Source: Balanoglossus misakiensis | Lineage: Eukaryota > Animalia > Hemichordata | Direction: 5' to 3' | Assembly (NCBI GenBank): GCA_040954595.2 | Contig: CM082586.2 | Coordinates: 4,223,125-4,287,124, forward strand | DNA: 64,000 nucleotides | Part shown: positions 26,701-39,013 of the stretch, in pieces | Layout of the letters: every line of letters begins with the position of its first letter | Position numbering within the stretch: the stretch's first letter is position 1 | The notes under the pieces: model-generated | Databases searched by the model: none | The model's input: only the letters and a program-made list of their open reading frames with translations | Told to the model about the DNA's origin: nothing | Position numbers and translations under genes: made by a program

Positions 26701-29700
26701 AATTGACATAGGGCCTACCCGTTTCGAGACAACTGTTTGGCAAAGTTTTGATCGTGATATTGCTAAGCCATGGCGTGTATACAATTAAGTATTCACTGCA
26801 CATTAGTCAAAAAAATTAGAAAAACAAAGCCCCCTTCCATCATATGTGTCTGCCACTATTTTGCGTCTAACTTGAACATTGTTCTCTCCATTTTAAATTA
26901 ATGCGATAGTTGCAACAAGCCCCATCCTTCGGTTATAGACGCTGTTCCAGCGGCGTATAAAGCGGTGCTTAATGGAGCATATACTCTCTCTCTCTCTCCC
27001 CCCCCCCCTCCCTCTCTCTCTCTCTCAAACGATCAGAGGTGTTTACATATTTTTCCGGTTTCTTGCGTCAAATATTTTGGCGTGTTTATATCATTCTCTT
27101 ACAGCACACATGAATTCAAATATCATGACATGTGTATTATTGTTGTTAGATGGATGATATAATGCTATTGGCATCCTAAAGGTACCGCCACAGAACCGTT
27201 TTACAATGTAATTAATTACCCGCACATTGATATTGCGAGCGTCTTCATAATGGTGGATCGAACCGGGTGAATGAATTTTGTCGTGACTATGTATATTTCG
27301 TCGTGATGATTTCGACAGCGCGGTGGTCAAAATTAAGGTTTCGAAATTACGTGAATCCGGAACACTATTGTTCTGTAAACAATGACCCCCGCCATTTTCC
27401 GTCACATTTCCAGGCCATGGGTGTTGATCATCACGACTTCCCATCTTCATTTCTATTTTTAAATTTCTCGTTAAATTGAAAACATAATTGTTATCTTTTG
27501 AAGTCTGGAGCTACCGTTTTAATTACGCCGTTGTCATTTTGAAATTTATCGGTCGAAAACTGCGCGCTCTTCATTAATCACGTTTAGATGTTACCATGGC
27601 AACGAGGCGGCGTTCGCGTATGGCAAGAATGCAGAAATTTGGACAGAGTTCAAATGCGGCTACATTTTATTAGAATTCAAATATATGTGTATATTAATGC
27701 ATTTATATTTATTTACATATTTATGTTTATGTATTTATGATGACATATGTGATAAACTCTGTCAGAAAAAAAGCGCCGCCTAGCGTCAAAAATTGGCATT
27801 CAAAACAGACTACTGCACACGGACATACTAATAATCCACTCCGTGTCTTTCTGAGAATCTGTTCATTGGAAACAGTTGATTTTCCTTCAATTTCTGACAA
27901 CAAATTCAAACGCTGTGTAATTAAATTTCTACAAATGAAAAATGATGAATCACCACTAACAGACGGTCAGTGCGATATGCGTGAGTGCTAATCACCATTT
28001 TTTTTCAAATACGAGATGTCGATAAACCATATTTTCCTTGTCATGATTGTCATCCGCAAATTATATCATTATGGCGATTTTCTCCCCCAAAATAAATAAA
28101 TTGACAGTTAGATCGCAGTTGTTGAACCGTTGCCAAATGCAGCGTTTCCAAAAATTGACGGAGTAGCTCAGTTGGTCTTGTCGACGGTTGCTTTGAAAAG
28201 TACTCGCGACAAAGTTGTGATCTACAATCATATTCTTCGCCATTAATGCTTCCATAGTGGGTCATTCCCAAAAATACTACAGTCTACGATGACGTGCCCT
28301 CTGACTGACTGACAGATAAAACAGGAATAACCACCACAGCGCAAAGTACATATATCGCATACACATACCGTGAACAAATACACGAATTGCGCGTCGGTTC
28401 GTTGCAATCCTGTTTGGACGGTATCTCGCAAAATTTCTTTTGCTAAATGTAAATATACAGGCGCAACTGTTTACGTTGACGGATATAGTTTTGAGGCAAA
28501 AATCCATTAAAAATCCACATATATGATCTGTTTTTACTGTGGAAAATGAATGTTTGCGATCAGCTTGTACAGCCTAAATCTTCCGAAGTTTACAGTCAGA
28601 CCAGACTTTTGACACGCATTTTGGTTGAAGCCCGTAAGAAAGTCGGCATAAAATTATATAACTGTGTTTTCTCATTTCTTCACTAAGGCGAAAACTTGAA
28701 GCAATTGCGACTGACATCACTGCCGGAGAAGAAAAGGTGCCTGCAAAAATATCTCCGGCCTGTGCCGGCGTTTAGAATATCTGTGGCATGAAGAGGGCCG
28801 CGTTCAGCTATAATGGTTACGACAGTGCTGACGGGTAAAGGCAATGGATGGGATAGGCGCTTATACGCCTTGTGCAGTGTCTAGTCAAAAACAGTCAAAA
28901 CTAATTTGACTTACCAGAAGTGGTTCAAATAACTTGTGTAGTACATGTTGTTCTCGTAGCCGAAGCGATAGTACGTCATTGGTGCTGGTTTCAGCGACAT
29001 TTCCACGACGCGACTACTACACGCGATGTGTGGTGCTAGTTTGCGAGCCTTGTGGGTGTGGCTTCTACACACATATACACGCAACGTATACTATTCGTCT
29101 TGTTTTAGTCCACGGAAGGCGGTGCCCATTAGGGCGCGTGGAGAGCCGACCTTTCTAGCGGGCCTATAGGCGCATCCAGAATTAACGAGATTAATATAAC
29201 TGGCCCTTTTTTTCTCTTTTGGCATTCAAACAATGAGTTCTCGGCAATTGGAAGGAAGGGCGCTGGACACGAGAGAGAGTATATAGGGTGTGCGTGTTCA
29301 ACAACTGGACAAATTACAAAGTGTTAGCAAGTTAAACGCGGTGAACGGGCGAAAACCAGATAGACTTATAACTGGCACTTTAAGTTTCTGCCTCCGTCCC
29401 TTGATCGAATATCTAACATCTCTACCATTCTTTTCGCTTTGCTATCGTCTGGCAAGATTCCTGAACTGTTGATCTGAAGCGTATTATTCTTGAAGGAGGA
29501 GCACAATTTGTGACAAACCCACTTTTCCGTATTGTGTAAGTCAGCAACACTGTACATATAAGAATTTTAGAATTATACATTAAAATATGAAATGGAGCAG
29601 AAATTTTAATAATACGAACAAGTACTCATAAAATAGGATCTTTAACAAGCAGGTGTAGGTGATAAAACCAATTGTATTTAATGTGAAAGGACTATCATTT

Positions 29701-29805
29701 ATCACTTTCCTTTTCATTTAATTCGCGAGTAATAGTGTATGAATTATTAAATATCTTCCTCTAATGGACCTTATGTTTTAATAACCTGGCCTATATTACT
29801 TTTAT

Positions 29806-29858
29806 TGTTGTTGTCGTCGTCGTCGTCATCATCATCATTATCATTACCATCATCATCA
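29806..29858. repeat. Compound trinucleotide microsatellite (TTG)/(TCG)/(ATC)
   Basis: Directly visible. Confidence 0.85.
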
Positions 29859-32253
29859 TTAACACAAGGAACAGATGTGAAGTAGTTTCCTCTAAACAAA
29901 TAGATGTTATATCAAAGTAAATTTGAAATGTGATAAAATGTAACAATGCATTGTATGTCATGATATACATTGTAATACAAAGTAACGACATCATTGTCTG
30001 TAACTATGTACATTCTGGCAGTTACACCTCGCGCCTACTAGCAGCTGTGTCGTATAAGACCCATACACGCAGCCGCAGATGGAACGACACATACCCTTTA
30101 ATTAAACATGTCGTCAAAATATCTTCCTCGGACTCACACTTTGGCTGAAACTACCATTGCATACACGCGCAGTTTACTCTTTGGAAAAAGAGCATACCGA
30201 CTGAACTCGAAGAGGAAAATGCAAGGATTGCCAACGGAATTAATTATTGGTATGCTTGTTTGTAATTTAAAAGGAATTAATTTATTTTCGAAAGTCAATC
30301 ATAAACTTCGACCCTCTCACGGCTATAAAATACCACATCACGTTGTAAAATCTGACCCCCCATTCCTCAGCCCCACCCCTAATAACTAATGAACGCCCCC
30401 TTAATTCCGCAAATGGCTATATATCACGCGTGTCACCCCTCTGCCAGAATTTTATGAGTTATAGTTACCGCTGCGTATCGTGTATGATACAAATTGTCGT
30501 TCAGTAGGCACAAAATGGCGGCTCTATCGCAATGTTGAGAAGAGCGGCTGGAAGTGGCGTATTTCCTAACCCGAGTCGATACTCCGAGGCAGCTCCCCGC
30601 TTTGATTTATCATAATTACCTGTAACCAGAGGCTAGGTAGAAATTGTGGTAATAATTTGACTATTAGCAGCCAGTATCTACAAGCCTCGCCATTAATAGC
30701 TTCATTTGTATACAGCAAGGTACAGCTTTGTGTAACCTCTCACTAGGTGAGACTAAAGTACCTGTAAGGTGTTAAGTGTTTTTCATCATTCAGTACACTG
30801 CTAATCTCTTTTTCTGTCTTATATTTAGACTATAAGGGGAAATTGGCAGTGAACACTTAATGGACATTGTTAACACGACAGAGGAAATTATACATTTATT
30901 TTAATGATTGCTATTGCTATTATTGCTGTAACGGGACTCCCTTCGTGGGGACTCCCTAGGTCAGCTTAAAAAGTAAGCATAGCGTCCCTAGGTTACCGGC
31001 GTTCTTGATTTTCTCCTTTCAAAACTTCTGTGTATACTTTTACAGCGATTTTCCCCGCGTTTCAAACGTCGAATTAAAGGTTAAGATTTCTTACATTCAA
31101 TTCCGAAAATGTGGCTGTGCTGCCAAAATGTTCTGCTTATTGCAAATTCTATTTTATGACTGTTCACAAGTGACTGTGTGCCATTTCTGCATGTTTCGAC
31201 TAAGATTAAACGGTTTATACATCATTGAACAACAAAAATATTTTTTTGAACATTTGAAAGTTACAAACTCTCAAAATTCATTAGGCCAGCGCCTCAAAAA
31301 CAATGTTCATCCCTGAATTATTACATGAACTTATCATAAATCTGCTAATTATTTAATTATACCGAATTAACGTGTTATGTTAAATCTGTTGCGTGTCCTC
31401 ATTGAAAAACCCAGCTTGCACTATGGACGTAGGCGCTGTATCATGTTGGCATGACAACCTGAAACTGATTGCAAGTACACAGGAAGATGAAGATATATCC
31501 ACGACGAAATCAAGACAGTCTTTCTTTAACTGACGGTGACGTAAGTTGTCGGGTATGGATGTTTTCTCGGCTGCCTATCCTCTCCCGCTAATAGCAGTGA
31601 CAAGTTCAATCTTCAATTCACACGTTATTGTTCTGCAACGTGCAGTAGGTATACTACATTCATGTGTCATAATAGTTGTGTTAATTTGATACGCTGTTGG
31701 TGTTTTTGTGGGGGGTTTTCGGATACGTCTCTGCGAAAAATGTCAGTTTTTGCTATATAAAAAAAAACTTTTTATACCACAATCCGTTTAATCACGGTTC
31801 CAGTGTAAAAGTCTGGCGTGCACAGTGGGGGTGTGATTACCACTTAGAACAGCTGCGACTTGCGCTGGTTCCCGATGATAAATGTTGTAATTTACTGCGC
31901 GTAAGTAGCAATTTCTCACCTGGCCTTATAGATCAGATTTCTTGGGGCATCTAGATCTGTTTCTGAGTCCCTGATTACTTTAATTTGTCCACATACAACA
32001 CTAAGTATTGCCCCGTGGCTATATTCGCAAAGCCAGTTCCCAAGTCGAGTAAAACTACCTCATACATTATTCCGACAGAGGACGTCTTTAACTCTCCTGC
32101 TCATCATCATTCAACGCCATTTCATTGATTCTGCAAAACCTTTCACTCACAGTATCGGTGATTCACTCTTTCCAAGTTTCCGCTGTTGTTTTCTCCTTCT
32201 GGTTTACGCTCCTGCCTCCCCCTCCCCCCTTTCTGTTTGCCTCCCTCCCTCCC

Positions 32254-32263
32254 CTATCTATCC

Positions 32264-32318
<55 letters not shown>

Positions 32319-32370
32319 CATCTATCTATCTGTCTATCTGTCTGTCTGTCTGTCTGTCTGTCCGTCCGTC
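32254..32370. repeat. (CTAT)n/(CTGT)n tetranucleotide microsatellite
   Basis: Directly visible. Confidence 0.95.
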
Positions 32371-33639
32371 TAAGTGTTCGTTTTGTTGACTTTTGACATG
32401 CCAACTTTACTTTACAAAGACCTTTCATATCAACGTTTATAAATTTTCGTGGGAGACGACTGGAACAACTGATTTAGCGAATAGCAACAATCTGCCGTCT
32501 TTAAAACAGAAAACGACACGGAAATGTAAATGACTGGACGGTAATTCTGCGAGTTCGACGTCGGGCTCATTTGCCTTTGACAAATGGTATCATTTACACG
32601 GCCTTACCTAAAGCGACCTAAATTATGGACTCAAAAATTGCTACCATTTGCAAATAGCTATTAGGTTTTGGTTATGCGAGGCTTATGACTTAATCGTGCA
32701 TTTCCGTTGATTGGGTGTAATTGGTAGTCTCACCCTTTACCGGGCGCATGCGGTTAGTGGCGACCTTTGACCCCTTAATTTGCCATCATTTCCTGATCGT
32801 ACTTTGTCTTGGGGAAGTATTAGTCTCATTTGCACGATGCCATTACGGTTTTCTCTCGACCTGTGCATTCATCATTACCGGCGGTAGCGGGGTTGCCCTA
32901 CAGCGCTCTCTCACAAGGTCGCCGCTCATTGGCCTACACACGCGAAACCAGGTGCACGCAGCTAGCTCCAGAGTTGCTGAGAAATGATTGAAAAGTCTCC
33001 ATAGTCGTCCAAGGCTAGGCCCTCAGCTGACGAATACATGACTCGTTACCTTGAGTGTGTCAGATATCGGGGTAAAAACACATAATTAAAGACGGAGAAA
33101 TTCACAGACGTCAACTGCTCTGATTGAGGGCGGTGGTCCAGGCGCTGGTCAAATGACAGGCTTCTGGTTGAGGGCGCTAGACAATCAGTCGAATGTCAGA
33201 ACACAATTATACTACAGTCAGCTAAAAAATCTATGCTCACTCAAACAAATATTTTCATAATGAATTTCATCTCGTACATTACATTAGAAAATGTCGGTTA
33301 AATCACTTTTACTGCTTTGATCTACATTCACTGCTTTTGATAGTTCAATCGATATGGAGAAAAAATGTGGCATATGCAAAATGTCAACTTTGAAATATCA
33401 CTATACATAAATTCATTCAACTATTTGGGGCGTACACTGTATCAACAACAGAATTGAATTAAATTTCTTGTCCAAGCTTTTTTTTATACCGAATTCCATA
33501 CTCCTGGCGCTTGTACATTGACTTGTTGCAAAAAAGGGACAATTATCATTTTGGGATACTTTAAAAAGCTCTAAATATACATAAAAATCACTGGCAATAC
33601 AGCAACATTGATCTGTTGGATACCGGATGCCATTTTCTA

Positions 33640-36600
33640 TCAATTAATTTCTGTGTTGTACACCACTTCAAATTTGAATTTTGGGAAAGGCAAGCGCTCT
33701 ACAATTTCCGGCTGAAATTCCGTGTCTTTCCATTTCTTTTTCATTTTCCGATCACCGTTGGCATACTCCACAATGAAGCTGGATATCTTAATGACAGGGA
33801 AGTGCTGAGGGGGAGTAGCTATGCCCCAGTCTTGCTTGCAGCTTTTACAGTAGATTTTCAATATTCCAAGATCCCTTTTGTTTTCTTTAGTATGTTCCCG
33901 AAATTCAAAGTTGCCCTCAACGATATCTTTATCTCGGATGAAATGGTTACAATCAAACTTGTAAACATGGCTGCCTTTGCAGATGTACTTACTGCATCCC
34001 CGACAAAACAGCTTTATTGAATCAGCAGCATTTGCACTCTTTTTGAGATTCTGTTTTAACTCTTGATCGCAGCGGTCGGCAACAACTTTTGGCTGAATAT
34101 CGCGAATTTCGTGAAGAAATTCATCTATTGGCATCTGCTGGACTAAATCAGTTGCCTTTTCAACTTGTTGATCCAGCAATACATTTACCTTATCTTTCGA
34201 AGCAGTCTCGTCATCACCTATGAAATGCACTTTGCTCTCTTTGGCCCTAGCGCGCCCTCGTGACTGCCTCATGGAAATTTCATTGGTCGCGTAATTATAC
34301 CGGATCACCAAGTGGCATTCCGGGATATCTAACCCTTCCTCGACAACGCTTGTTGCTACTAATAATTTGTGCTCTCCTTTTGAAAACCGTTTAAGAGCTG
34401 TATCTTGAACACTCTGTGACATGCCGTCATCTTTGGCTTGGACCCCTGTTACTATAGCAGGGTTCAAGACGGTCAATAATTTGTCGTCTTTGATGCTGTC
34501 ACAGACTGCCTTGGCAAGTTTTCGTGTCTTCACAAATATTATCCCTGAAAAATAATTTATATACCATATATATCAAAATCAGGAAGGTGACAATATTCTA
34601 AATTTTGAGTGTAAAACCAATGCTTACAATTCACACATAAATCTTTTCAATATTTTTACCTCGAAGATTCTGTCCATTCTGATTAATTTCTTCTTTCAGA
34701 ACTGACTTCAGTGCATCAACTTTGGGATTGGAATATTTCTCTTCCTCTTCACTGATGTCATACAAATAACTGCAATTTCCTGGATATAAAGAGGAATATT
34801 TAATAAGTCATAGTCATAACGACCGTCCACGTTTGATTTATAGTTTAGAAACTAGATGTTGTATACATGCCTTTTCATAAGTGTAACGCCCTCACGCAGT
34901 CATCAGACAAACATTTTGTAGACATACTTACTTTTAAATTGTTTATACAACCATTTCTCAATCTCGGTTGTCTTGTGTTGACCGCGCTGTAACCGCTCAC
35001 TATAGAAGCCCTCTATTATATCGAGGGCATCTGTCATTCTACACAAACTGCTCATCTGCAAAGCTGCACAGAATAAACATTTAGAGAAGATTAATTACTT
35101 GATTTATTAAAGATCCAGTAAAGCTGATTTTTAGCTTTCTTTCAGTATATTTCTTTCAGTATTTCTCCCATCCATCTTGAACTCCAGTTTCTTGTTTTAC
35201 TCGCTTGACAATTTAAGACTTTGAATTTGAAGGTGTATTAATTTCAAACTTAAATGGTCATTAATAAACTCACTGACCAAGTTCACAAAAGCAAAAGAAG
35301 TTTAGGGTATCTTTCGGGTGCAAAACTTACCCGTGTTGTATTCTCTAAGATGCTCACAACACTTGGCTTCCTCATGGCGATTTCCACTCGTGGCAGATTT
35401 TAACGCTTCTATGATGAACGTCTCGTATTTTTGAGTTCCTCGTTGAAAACCTCCGGACAACCCAGCTTTCTTTTCGATTTCCACCATTATTTCTTCTACT
35501 TTCTCCTTGAACGGGTCTGGGTTTCGGGCATCGGGTATCTTCGTGTATTTGTCGGGGTCGTTGGTGACCGACCTGAGCTCTTCTTTGTTTTTCTCGTCCT
35601 GCACGGTGACGAACGCGTGCGCGTCTAAGTTCGCGCAAAGCTTCAAGATGTGGTCTCGGGCGGCGCTCAGCCCGCTCTTGCTGCCAGAGCCAGGGCTGGC
35701 TGTCAGGCCGACGATCTGCGGCAGCTGCAGGGCGGGGTTGGCCAGCTTCAAGCGCAAGTACTCGGTCATGATGACGTTGTACGGGTGGTTCTTCGTGGCG
35801 TGGTGGCACTCGTCGATGATGATCAAGGAGAACTTGTCGAGCGACACCTTCTTGTCGTCGAGGCTGTTCTTCAGGATGCCGCCGGTGGTCACGACGACGT
35901 CGTTGACGGCGACCAAGATCTCGAAGCCCGTGGTGCTCAGGGACGCGCCGCTCCGCTTGGCGATCTTCAGCAGAGGGAAGTACTGCTTGAACCGCTTGTA
36001 GGTCTGGTTCAGCAAGGGGATGCGGTGGACCAGAAATATGACCTTCAGCTGGCTGGACGTGTCGCCGGCATCTGCGTCCGACAGCCTCGCTTCCTCGGCC
36101 AGTGCCAGGTCCATGTGGTGTTTGGCGATTCTCATGGCTACGTGGGTTTTCCCGGTACCAGTTGGTGCGCAGATGATGCAGTTATTACCCTTAAGGGCCG
36201 GCTGCGCGAGTTCCTCCTGGTAGCCACGCATTTCAAGCTTTTCATACTTGAGTTTTGGTTTCCTGTAGGAAAAAACTCAAGTTCGATTTTGGCATACACA
36301 TCTATAAAAACCATACTATAATAAACTATTAAGTATACTATTAAGGAAGACACCTGTATTTTGATCACATCCTTGACCCAAATCACAGAATACTTGCCAC
36401 ATACAGACATTGACAGAACTAGAATCAAACATTTATAGACAATACTATGCCAGATTTAAATACTTCTGTGTATACATACGTGTCTGATTGTGAAGTACTA
36501 GCGCTTGAAGAAACTGTTCCATCGGACGTTTGGTCTTCTGTTGATTGAACATCTTCCCTGGTGCGACCAACATCAGCCGCTGCCCTGGCCTCTCTGACAT

Positions 36601-38917
36601 CCCTTGTCTCCATGGTAACAGCAGCTACATGTAATACAAACAAAGAAATAGAGTGAATTTCAAGTTTATAGACTATCAGCTTTTTTAAAATGGCAGGAAA
36701 GTTTGATCAGATAGCCACTGTCATTGCACAGAACCCTGGATACATAAAGGCACATGCTGAGCTAATGCACCTACGAGTATAATTAATTGCATAGTATAAC
36801 CTTCATATCACTCCCCCACCCCCCCCCCCCTCTCTCTCCTCCCCTGAATGAAAGTTTCAGAGTACGAAAACGTGACAATGAATGCTTCGAAATTTTGACA
36901 CACCTCCGCGATAACATTATCTGTTCCAAGGAAGGTATTTTGAATTTGGAAGGAAGTACTTACATTTCTTTGCTTGGCCATTTTTTTCTTCCTTATGATA
37001 TTCAGACATAAGGCCGTCTTCTTCATCGTCTTCAATGATCTCCCCTTCAATTATACAGTCTTCGTCATCAGTGTTTTCAGACTGTGAGACATCATCTGAA
37101 ACCAATACACATACACACATACAGTCAGAAACTTGGTCAGCTCTGCCATGTTGTAAGGCGCTGGTTGCAGTATGGACCGTGGCTGCCAATAGGAACACCA
37201 AAGCTAACAGCAGCGCCTAACTCTACATCTGTTTTCAATCAGATTGTACAATCACTTGACATCACACACATACCCTTTTCGCCACTCTTGGATGATTTCT
37301 CGACGTCCGTCGGTTGCTCAGTCTCAGTCGCCTTGGGAATTAAGGTATTCCCACTTCCCACTTGCACAGTACTGCCTGTGCCGACACTGACGTTGACGAA
37401 ATACTGGTTCAAGGTCAACGGTTTATCCTGTTCGGGGTTACCCCCAGCTGATGGTACAAGTCTTCCGCCATCCTCAAAATAGGTGCCAGCTGTGTAAGGG
37501 GGCGGCTGTTCGACAGGAGCACTCCCAGCGACAGTTAATCGCACATCTGCAGTGAAGAAACCCAGGCAAGAAAAAACAGTCACTTCTCATGACAGGTCAC
37601 ACTGACCTTGTGATCATTGTTGTAATTGGCACTAATCAGTGATGTAATTATGACATCACAACTACAGTTGTTTGTGGGGATACTGCTTATGTGTGCAACA
37701 ATTTTTAAAACCCCAAATTTCGCTTTTCAATTTCATGTTTCTTGAAAATATCTATTAAAACATTGTTTAAACGGTTTATTAAAAATCACTTGCCTTTCAT
37801 GGCTGCTTCAAGATCAGTGACATTGATAAATCCAGGTACGACTCTCGTTCCAGCTGGTGTTGTCACTGCCGATGTTGATGGTGGAATGTGTGCTGACTGG
37901 AGCCCTGTATCTGTTGGACCTTCTGCGTAGCTGGCACCGAATGTTGCAGATCTTGAACAATTGGGTCTCTTTTCTTCTTCTTTACAAGTTAAAAATTCTG
38001 TACTCATTAAAAGAAAAATCTAGTTTCAATTTCTTTTTGATAACTTGATCATTTTATATTAAATGCAGAACAATCTGCCTGTCACAGAAGATTTTATTTA
38101 ATTATACAAATTTCCAGCAAGATAAAACATTACACCCAGCTTCCAACATAAAGGGTATCAGGTCACTTTTTATTTACATATCAATTATCATAATCAGAGG
38201 GATGCGTCTACTAGTGTCCAAATTATCATTTGGTGCCACATTTTTTTTTCGTGTGAGCCACCCACTGAAAATCTGTGATTGGCTACAATTTCCATGGCAA
38301 CAGTATTTAAATATCATCTTGAATACACAACATTCGGTCTGACGACGCCCCCATCGGTGAAAAGCAATCACATCCGGGTCACGCGGGGTCACTTAAGGAC
38401 AAGTCCGTGTATCAAATATGGACACACCTAGCAAAAACGAAAGTAGCGTGTATCTTTATATCCTTGATCAGTATCCCACTTTAAAATAATCTCCGTAGAA
38501 AAGGGACCATGTCAGTATACTTCTGTTTGAATTTGGGGGGTTATACATGCAAACATGCAGGTAAAAATAGAGCTCACCTTTCTCCAAATCCGACGCCAGG
38601 TGCGACAGTTTAACGTCCTCATCCCTCAGAGCCACAAGTAACGTTTCATACCAATGGTCGCGGTCTTTCTTCATTAAGAAATCTATTAAAATCATGGCCC
38701 CGCGGATAGGGCCCTTGTTTCCTTCTTGAGCTAATATCTCCTCTTCTTCCGGACGTGTTAGACATGTTTTGAGACACGGTATGATGTGCGACGGCACGAT
38801 GTCGCGGATAAACTTTTGCCGCAGTCGACGTAGCGCAACTACTTCTGGGGGGTCTTCATACTCCTCCACTTCTTTCCCTTCTCTCGCTACAGCGCCGTAG
38901 TTGAACGGGGTCGCCAT
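33640..38917 (-). CDS. RIG-I-like receptor (RIG-I/MDA5 family DExD/H helicase): one CARD, RHIM-like linker, helicase, pincer and C-terminal Zn-binding regulatory domain; 9 exons, ~1060 aa
   Basis: Exons (minus): 38917-38578, 37997-37794, 37546-37274, 37095-36964, 36624-36480, 36262-35331, 35063-34932, 34779-34660, 34544-33640. All junctions are phase-compatible and sum to 3183 nt. Helicase motifs intact: APTGTGKT (I), DECHH (II), GLTASPG (III), IIFVKTR (IV), ATSVVEEGLDI (V), QSRGRAR (VI). CTD has LFCRGC...IYCKSC...DWG and KKWKD. Exon 1 is CARD-like (LRRLRQKFIRDIVPSHIIPCL...WYETLLVAL). Orthology to DDX58 versus IFIH1 cannot be resolved by eye. Confidence 0.93.
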
Positions 38918-39001
38918 TTCCTCGCGAATGGCGAACGAAAATTCCACGAACTGTCAACCGCGATAACCCAGCAGGGATGACACAACTCGGAACTGACAGA
39001 A

Positions 39002-39013
39002 GGGGATTTCCCC
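39002..39013. promoter_or_regulatory. NF-kB-type site GGGGATTTCCCC ~85 bp upstream of the RLR ATG
   Basis: Matches GGGRNNYYCC and is near-palindromic; CRE half-site TGACGT at ~39035. Confidence 0.55.

Noticed and set aside
1-33000. Short ORFs (60-170 aa), conserved bilaterian miRNAs, tRNA/rRNA
   Set aside because: No recognisable protein motifs or codon bias; I spotted no known miRNA, tRNA or rRNA sequence by eye, though this is not an exhaustive search.
38918-38947. GTG-initiated N-terminal extension of RLR exon 1 in the ORF track
   Set aside because: Eukaryotic gene; the ATG at 38917 (GAAATGG) is the plausible start.
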